Part shown: piece after piece, positions 31,557 to 35,821 of the stretch
Layout of the letters: every line of letters starts with the position of its first letter
Numbering within the stretch: position 1 is the first letter of the stretch
From: Verrucomicrobiota bacterium
GTDB taxonomy: Bacteria > Verrucomicrobiota > Verrucomicrobiia > Chthoniobacterales > JAFAMB01
DNA length: 35,821 nt
Assembly: GCA_019235445.1 (NCBI GenBank)
Contig: JAFAKL010000391.1
Coordinates: 1-35,821, forward strand
Reading direction: 5' to 3'
Notes under the pieces: model-generated
The model's database searches: none
The model's input: only the letters and a program-made list of their open reading frames with translations
What the model was told of the DNA's origin: nothing
Program-made: the position numbers and the translations under genes

Positions 31557-32168
31557 ATGAAAACCTTTGTGAAAGAACTTTACACCTCGGTCGCTGCAAC
31601 AGTCGTCCTTTGTGCAGTGGTGAGCGGTTTGTATCCGGTTTTGATTTGGGGAATCGGGCAGGTTTTATTTTCGCATCAGGCCAATGGCAGCCTGGTCGAG
31701 AATAACGGTCAGATTGTCGGCTCTGAGCTCTTAGCTCAGGGATTTAGTGGGGCGAAGTACTTTCATCCCAGGCCGTCTGCAGCGGGAACCGGATACGATC
31801 CACTTAACTCCGGCGGGTCGAACCTGGGACCGACTTCGCAGAAATTGATTGACGGAATTAAAGCGAATGTCGCTCAGTACCGGCAGGAAAACGGTTTGTC
31901 CGGCGATGCGGTCGTTCCTGCGGACGCCGTCACGGCGTCCGGGAGCGGGTTGGATCCTCATATCAGTCTACAAAACGCTCGGATACAGGTTCCGCGTGTC
32001 GCTAAGGAGCGGGGTTTCAGCGAAGATGTCGTCCGGGGCGAAGTTAGCAAAGCCACAGATAACCCTTTGTTCGGTCTCGGCGGTGAGCCCGGGGTGAACG
32101 TGTTGAAGGTAAACCTTGCTCTCGACTCGCTCGCGCCGAAAGGCAGACTGGCAGAAAAGAAGCCTTAA
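31557..32168 (+). CDS. kdpC: K+-transporting ATPase subunit C
   Basis: Motifs QANGSL, YFHPRPSA, SGGSNLGP, VTASGSGLDPHIS and GEPGVNVLKVNLALD. Confidence 0.97.
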   Translation: MKTFVKELYTSVAATVVLCAVVSGLYPVLIWGIGQVLFSHQANGSLVENNGQIVGSELLAQGFSGAKYFHPRPSAAGTGYDPLNSGGSNLGPTSQKLIDGIKANVAQYRQENGLSGDAVVPADAVTASGSGLDPHISLQNARIQVPRVAKERGFSEDVVRGEVSKATDNPLFGLGGEPGVNVLKVNLALDSLAPKGRLAEKKP

Positions 32169-32188
32169 CTTTCGCGCATGCGGCGCGG

Positions 32189-32229
32189 TCGGCCTGTTCG
32201 GTCCGGCGGTTTCCGGACCGACGGGCCGA
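32189..32229. other. Strong GC-rich hairpin between kdpC and the KdpD-N gene
   Basis: TCGGCCTGTTCGGTCCGG-CGGTTT-CCGGACCGACGGGCCGA forms about 17 bp with one bulge and one G-U pair. There is no U-tract. Confidence 0.6.
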
Positions 32230-32309
32230 ACTAGTTCATAAAGAACGTGGAGTGAAACGGAGTAAGATTGTCTTGCGCGATGAAGCCGAAGCATGCACCG
32301 GCCGATGTT

Positions 32310-33440
32310 ATGTCAGTCGCCGATAATTCTAACCTGAATCCTACGCCCGATGATTTTTTAACCATCATCCGCCGGCAACAGCTCGGCAAGCTGAAGATTT
32401 ACCTGGGACCCTGTCCTGGAGTGGGCAAGACCTATCAAATGTTAATTGAAGGAAACCGGCTCCGCACCCAGGGCGTGGACGTGGTGATCGGCTATGTCGA
32501 ACCTCACAACCGTCCTGAAACCACTGCGCAGATCGGCCGGCTGGAGATTGTTCCCCCTCTGGTGGCGAAGTATCACGGGATCGCTTTGAAAGAGATGGAT
32601 CTGGACGGGGTCCTGGCCAGGAAGCCGACGGTTGCGCTGGTCGACGAACTCGCGCATACCAACGCGCCCCAGAGCCGGAATCGCAAGCGCTACGAGGATG
32701 TGCAAGACTTGCTGCGGGCGGGAATCAACGTTATCGCCACCGCGAACATCCAACATTTCGAGTCGCTCTATAACATTGTCCAAGACGCGACCGGAGTGAA
32801 GGTAAAGGAGCGTGTACCCGACGAAATAATTACGCAGGCAGACCAGGTGATAAACATTGACCTGCCGGCGGAAGATCTTCTCGAGCGGCTTCAGGCCGGC
32901 AAGATTTATCCCAAAGAAAGGGTGGAGGCGGCCCTGAAAAATTTTTTCACCTCCAAAAACCTGACCCGGCTGCGCGAAATGACGCTAAGCGAGACGGCGA
33001 ATATTCTTGATCGCAAGAACCGTGAGGGTACCGAAACAGAGAGCAACATCGGCGGTCTTGGCCAGGTCATGGTGGCCATCAGCAGCCAGGGACCTGATCC
33101 CGGCCGGTTGCTTCGCAAGACCGCTCGCCTTGCCGAGCGGCTGAATGCGCAATGGTACGCCGTCTACGTTCGGACGCCCAGCGAGTCGGCGGTAAAGATA
33201 GATGCGACAGTCCAACGCCAAGTCGCCGAGACCCTGGAAGCAGCGCAAAAAATGGGCGGATTAGTCATTTCTCTCAAGCATGAAAACGTAGCCCAGGCGT
33301 TGATCTCTTTCGCCAAGGAATACGGCATTACCCACGTTGTGCTCGGACGCCCCGGCAAAAAAGCCTTCCGTTTGTTTAGCCGGGCGCTGCACGATGAATT
33401 AATTCAGGAGTTACCCGGAATAGATCTGGTGATCGTTTGA
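32310..33440 (+). CDS. kdpD: Soluble KdpD N-terminal sensor (KdpD domain plus USP domain; no TM or kinase domain)
   Basis: GKLKIYLGPCPGVGKTYQML (Walker A-like), EMDLD, ALVDELAHTN, KRYEDV, NIQHFESL, GKIY and LREM, then a USP domain ending IDLVIV-stop. Start could be 32268, 32280 or 32310. Confidence 0.9.
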   Translation: MSVADNSNLNPTPDDFLTIIRRQQLGKLKIYLGPCPGVGKTYQMLIEGNRLRTQGVDVVIGYVEPHNRPETTAQIGRLEIVPPLVAKYHGIALKEMDLDGVLARKPTVALVDELAHTNAPQSRNRKRYEDVQDLLRAGINVIATANIQHFESLYNIVQDATGVKVKERVPDEIITQADQVINIDLPAEDLLERLQAGKIYPKERVEAALKNFFTSKNLTRLREMTLSETANILDRKNREGTETESNIGGLGQVMVAISSQGPDPGRLLRKTARLAERLNAQWYAVYVRTPSESAVKIDATVQRQVAETLEAAQKMGGLVISLKHENVAQALISFAKEYGITHVVLGRPGKKAFRLFSRALHDELIQELPGIDLVIV

Positions 33441-33501
33441 TCCCGGCGCCGCCGTGTCTGCTTGCGCGCCGGCGCCGCTTTAGGCCATATTCTTCGCGGC
33501 C

Positions 33502-34824
33502 ATGCGGATCCTGGTGGTGGATGACGAGAAGAACATTCGGCGGGCAATGTCCCTTGCGCTGGAGTCGATGGATCACGAAGTCGCCACGGCTTCGACCCGT
33601 CAAGAAGCTCTCGAAGCGCTCCGGCAAACGGCCTTTTCGGTTATTTTTCTCGACCTGAAACTCGGACAGGAAAACGGCCTGAAAATGTTGCATGCAATTC
33701 ACCAGGTTGCCCCGTCTACAGCCGTGGTCATGATTACGGCTTACGCGTCCATCGAAACGGCAGTCGAAGCAATCCGCCAAGGTGCCTATGATTACCTGCC
33801 AAAGCCCTGTACCCCGGAACAGATTCGGCAGATTTTGTCGCGGATCTTTCATACCCGTAAGCTGGAAAATCGGGTTCTGGAACTGGAATCGCGGCTGCAG
33901 TCGCAGGTTCCCGAGCTGGAGTTGCCATCAGAAAATCCTGCCATGCAGAAAACGCTGGAAGTGGCCTGGAAGGCATCCGCCAGTGAAGCGACGGTATTGC
34001 TCCTGGGCGAAAGTGGAACTGGCAAAAGCATGCTGGCCAGAGCAATGCACGAACGCAGCGGCCGGCGCGAAAGCGCGTTTGTCACCGTGAGTTGTCCGAG
34101 CCTGTCTCGGGACTTGTTAGAGAGCGAGCTTTTCGGGCACGTCAAAGGGTCGTTTACAGGTGCGCACCAGGAAGTAGCCGGCAAGGTGGCCGTAGCCCAG
34201 GGCGGCACGCTTTTGCTTGACGAGATTGGCGAATTGCCTCTTGAGATCCAGGCAAAGTTGCTCAGGCTTCTGCAAGAGCGAGAGTACGAGCGGGTAGGCG
34301 ACCCCAGTCCTCAAAGAGCGGACGCACGCGTGATTGCGGCCACCAACCGTGACCTGAATCAGGCGGTCGCGGCAGGCCGTTTTCGAGAAGACCTCTTTTA
34401 TCGGCTCAACGTGATCAGCATTACCTTGCCGCCCTTACGCGAGCGCGCTGCGGATATACCCCCCTTAGCCCACAGGTACTTGACGTTTTTTGCCAGGCAA
34501 GCGGGCAAGCGGCTGGATGGTTTCTCAGAAGAGGCGCTCGCTAAACTGCAGAGTTACGCCTGGCCCGGTAATTTACGCGAATTGCGCAACGTGGTTGAGC
34601 GCGCCATTATTCTTGGCAGCGGACCGGTTATCCAGGCCGCTGACCTGGCGATTTTGCCTGGACGCGAGGAGCCGCAGGCGCGGTTGGGCGCGCGCGTTTC
34701 TCTTGAGACCATTGAGAACGAGCACATCCGCCAGGTGCTGGCACAATCCCGGACCGTGGACGAAGCTGCTGAAATCCTCGGGATCGACCCCGCAACACTC
34801 TACCGGAGGAAAAAGCGGCTTTAA
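33502..34824 (+). CDS. Sigma-54-dependent response regulator REC-AAA+-Fis HTH (NtrC family, AlgB-like)
   Basis: REC FLDLKLG, Walker A GESGTGKS, ESELFGHVKGSFTGA, Walker B LLDEIGE, FREDLFYRLNV, WPGNLRELRNVVERA and HTH AAEILGIDPATLYR. Confidence 0.95.
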   Translation: MRILVVDDEKNIRRAMSLALESMDHEVATASTRQEALEALRQTAFSVIFLDLKLGQENGLKMLHAIHQVAPSTAVVMITAYASIETAVEAIRQGAYDYLPKPCTPEQIRQILSRIFHTRKLENRVLELESRLQSQVPELELPSENPAMQKTLEVAWKASASEATVLLLGESGTGKSMLARAMHERSGRRESAFVTVSCPSLSRDLLESELFGHVKGSFTGAHQEVAGKVAVAQGGTLLLDEIGELPLEIQAKLLRLLQEREYERVGDPSPQRADARVIAATNRDLNQAVAAGRFREDLFYRLNVISITLPPLRERAADIPPLAHRYLTFFARQAGKRLDGFSEEALAKLQSYAWPGNLRELRNVVERAIILGSGPVIQAADLAILPGREEPQARLGARVSLETIENEHIRQVLAQSRTVDEAAEILGIDPATLYRRKKRL

Positions 34825-34880
34825 GAGGCGGAAAGATAGGTGGCGCTTGCTTGGTACCCTGTTTAGCGCCTGTCCAGAAA

Positions 34881-34935
34881 GAGCGAGGACGAGGACGATT
34901 TAAGAACGAGCGGACGAGGAGAGATTGACGAGCGA
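34881..34935 (+). repeat. Purine-rich GACGAG/GAGGAC hexamer-type repeat patch
   Basis: GAGCGAGGACGAGGACGA...GAACGAGCGGACGAGGAGAG...GACGAGCG downstream of the activator gene. Confidence 0.45.
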
Positions 34936-34943
34936 TCAGGACT

Positions 34944-35042
34944 CTACTTTGTCTCACCATCCCGGTGGTGGGGTTACGTTGAAGTCAGCATCCGAATCTT
35001 CCAGGTCTCGCCCTCACGAACATCAATCTATCCCCAATAACC
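34944..35042 (-). pseudogene. 3' remnant of an NTF2/SnoaL-like (DUF4440-type) gene
   Basis: The minus strand reads GYWG*IDVREGETWKIRMLT-[frameshift]-NVTPPPG-[frameshift]-GETK-stop. This resembles the recalled C-terminal GYW..I.VREG..WK.RM.T.N.TP motif of NTF2-like proteins. Confidence 0.55.
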
Positions 35043-35099
35043 CTATGGCAAATATCGATTCAACGTAGACGGCGAATTCCATCGCAAAGGTCTTCGCCT

Positions 35100-35141
35100 G
35101 CTAAGACGGCCCGATTCGGGTTTGGCTTAGCGTTGTTTTTT
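35100..35141 (+). terminator. Putative intrinsic terminator
   Basis: GCTAAG..GGCCCG-ATT-CGGGTT..CTTAGC stem followed by GTTGTTTTTT. Confidence 0.45.
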
Positions 35142-35403
35142 GGCCGCTTCGCTAGCGGAACCCCACTTACCGTGGTTCGAACGATGCCCCGCTCCTCGAC
35201 CCTTTTCAAATAGTGCATCTTCGAACGTATCCAACAATCGCGGGCTCGGGCACATCGGCGGCGGAGCCGAGTATCGGTTTACTCCCCATATCGGGATCTT
35301 CGGCGAGGCCGACTATAACTGGGTCAGCGGCGGGAATCACAACTTCAATTCCGGAGTAAAAGACTTTGTCCAGGTCAATTTCGGCCTCAGATTCGCTTTC
35401 TAA
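35140..35403 (+). pseudogene. C-terminal fragment of an outer-membrane beta-barrel protein
   Basis: GHIGGGAEYRFTPHIGIFGEADYNWV...FVQVNFGLRFAF-stop gives three amphipathic strands and a terminal Phe beta-signal. There is no signal peptide or N-terminal strands. Confidence 0.7.
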
Positions 35404-35520
35404 GCGAATGAGCGAGTTCCTGTGACCTGGTGACCGGTGAAACAACCAGTCTTAGAACAGGAAGGACCATCCTCTATTCGAGCCCTCCGTCCTGACGGAG
35501 CCGGCGAGATAAGGATCTGG

Positions 35521-35658
35521 TTGCGGCGGGTCCTACTCACAGTAGGATCCGCCCTTCTTTTCAGCTTGGCCGCCTGCGCCAATCAGAGCTCCACCAACCA
35601 ACGGACGGAGCCTCTGTCTGTTACGAACGCCCCGGTCGCGGCTCCGCCTGGGCGGTAA
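35521..35658 (+). CDS. Putative small lipoprotein (45 aa)
   Basis: AAGGA lies 5 nt before TTG 35521. MRRVLLTVGSALLFSLAAC has a basic n-region, an h-region and a LAAC lipobox. The ORF track starts at GTG 35437. Confidence 0.55.
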   Translation: MRRVLLTVGSALLFSLAACANQSSTNQRTEPLSVTNAPVAAPPGR

Positions 35659-35821
35659 TGCCGGCAACACCACCCCGCGGTTGGCGGGTACTCTCGCCAT
35701 TGGGGGAGCGGGAATAAAGGCTCTCGCGCGTCTCGAACTGCCAGTGCATCGTCTCACAAATGGGAGGCATACCGCCGTTGGCGATTTGGCCGATTTTCAA
35801 TGCGCTATTATAGCGACGAGC

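Noticed and set aside
34120-34170. GSFTGA instead of GAFTGA, suggesting a sigma-54-independent activator
   Set aside because: GSFTGA is a common variant with the key FT residues intact, and a good -24/-12 promoter is present.
35690-35821. Possible further enhancer sites and a sigma-54 promoter at the window end
   Set aside because: The palindromes are imperfect with inconsistent spacing, there is no GG-N10-GC with TGGC context, and no downstream gene is visible.

Overview
This is a gene-dense bacterial window with no rRNA, tRNA, CRISPR array, transposase or integrase that I can recognise. Gene style, repeat types and paralog remnants suggest Verrucomicrobiota (Spartobacteria/Chthoniobacterales-like), but this is inference only. 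From left to right it contains: (1) a frameshifted, internally deleted relic of a secreted beta-propeller protein; (2) a GH2 beta-galactosidase; (3) a PAS hybrid histidine kinase; (4) a ~1680-aa TPR-CHAT (caspase-like) protein with a signal peptide and an intact His/Cys dyad; (5) a sugar/sugar-acid catabolic neighbourhood (DgoD-like dehydratase, MBL-fold hydrolase, GntR, a second enolase-superfamily enzyme, and an ABC importer with a fused ATPase-permease), split by two more PAS kinases; (6) a ~10 kb non-canonical Kdp potassium-pump locus; and (7) a tail of gene fragments plus a tiny lipoprotein ORF. The Kdp locus is the strongest candidate for an under-described system. It has no KdpE and no full-length KdpD. 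Instead it has a sigma-54 promoter with two phased palindromic upstream sites, a KinB-like membrane kinase, a REC-TPR protein, two 27-aa membrane peptides missed by the ORF track (one is KdpF), kdpABC, a soluble KdpD-N/USP sensor and an AlgB/NtrC-like sigma-54 activator.
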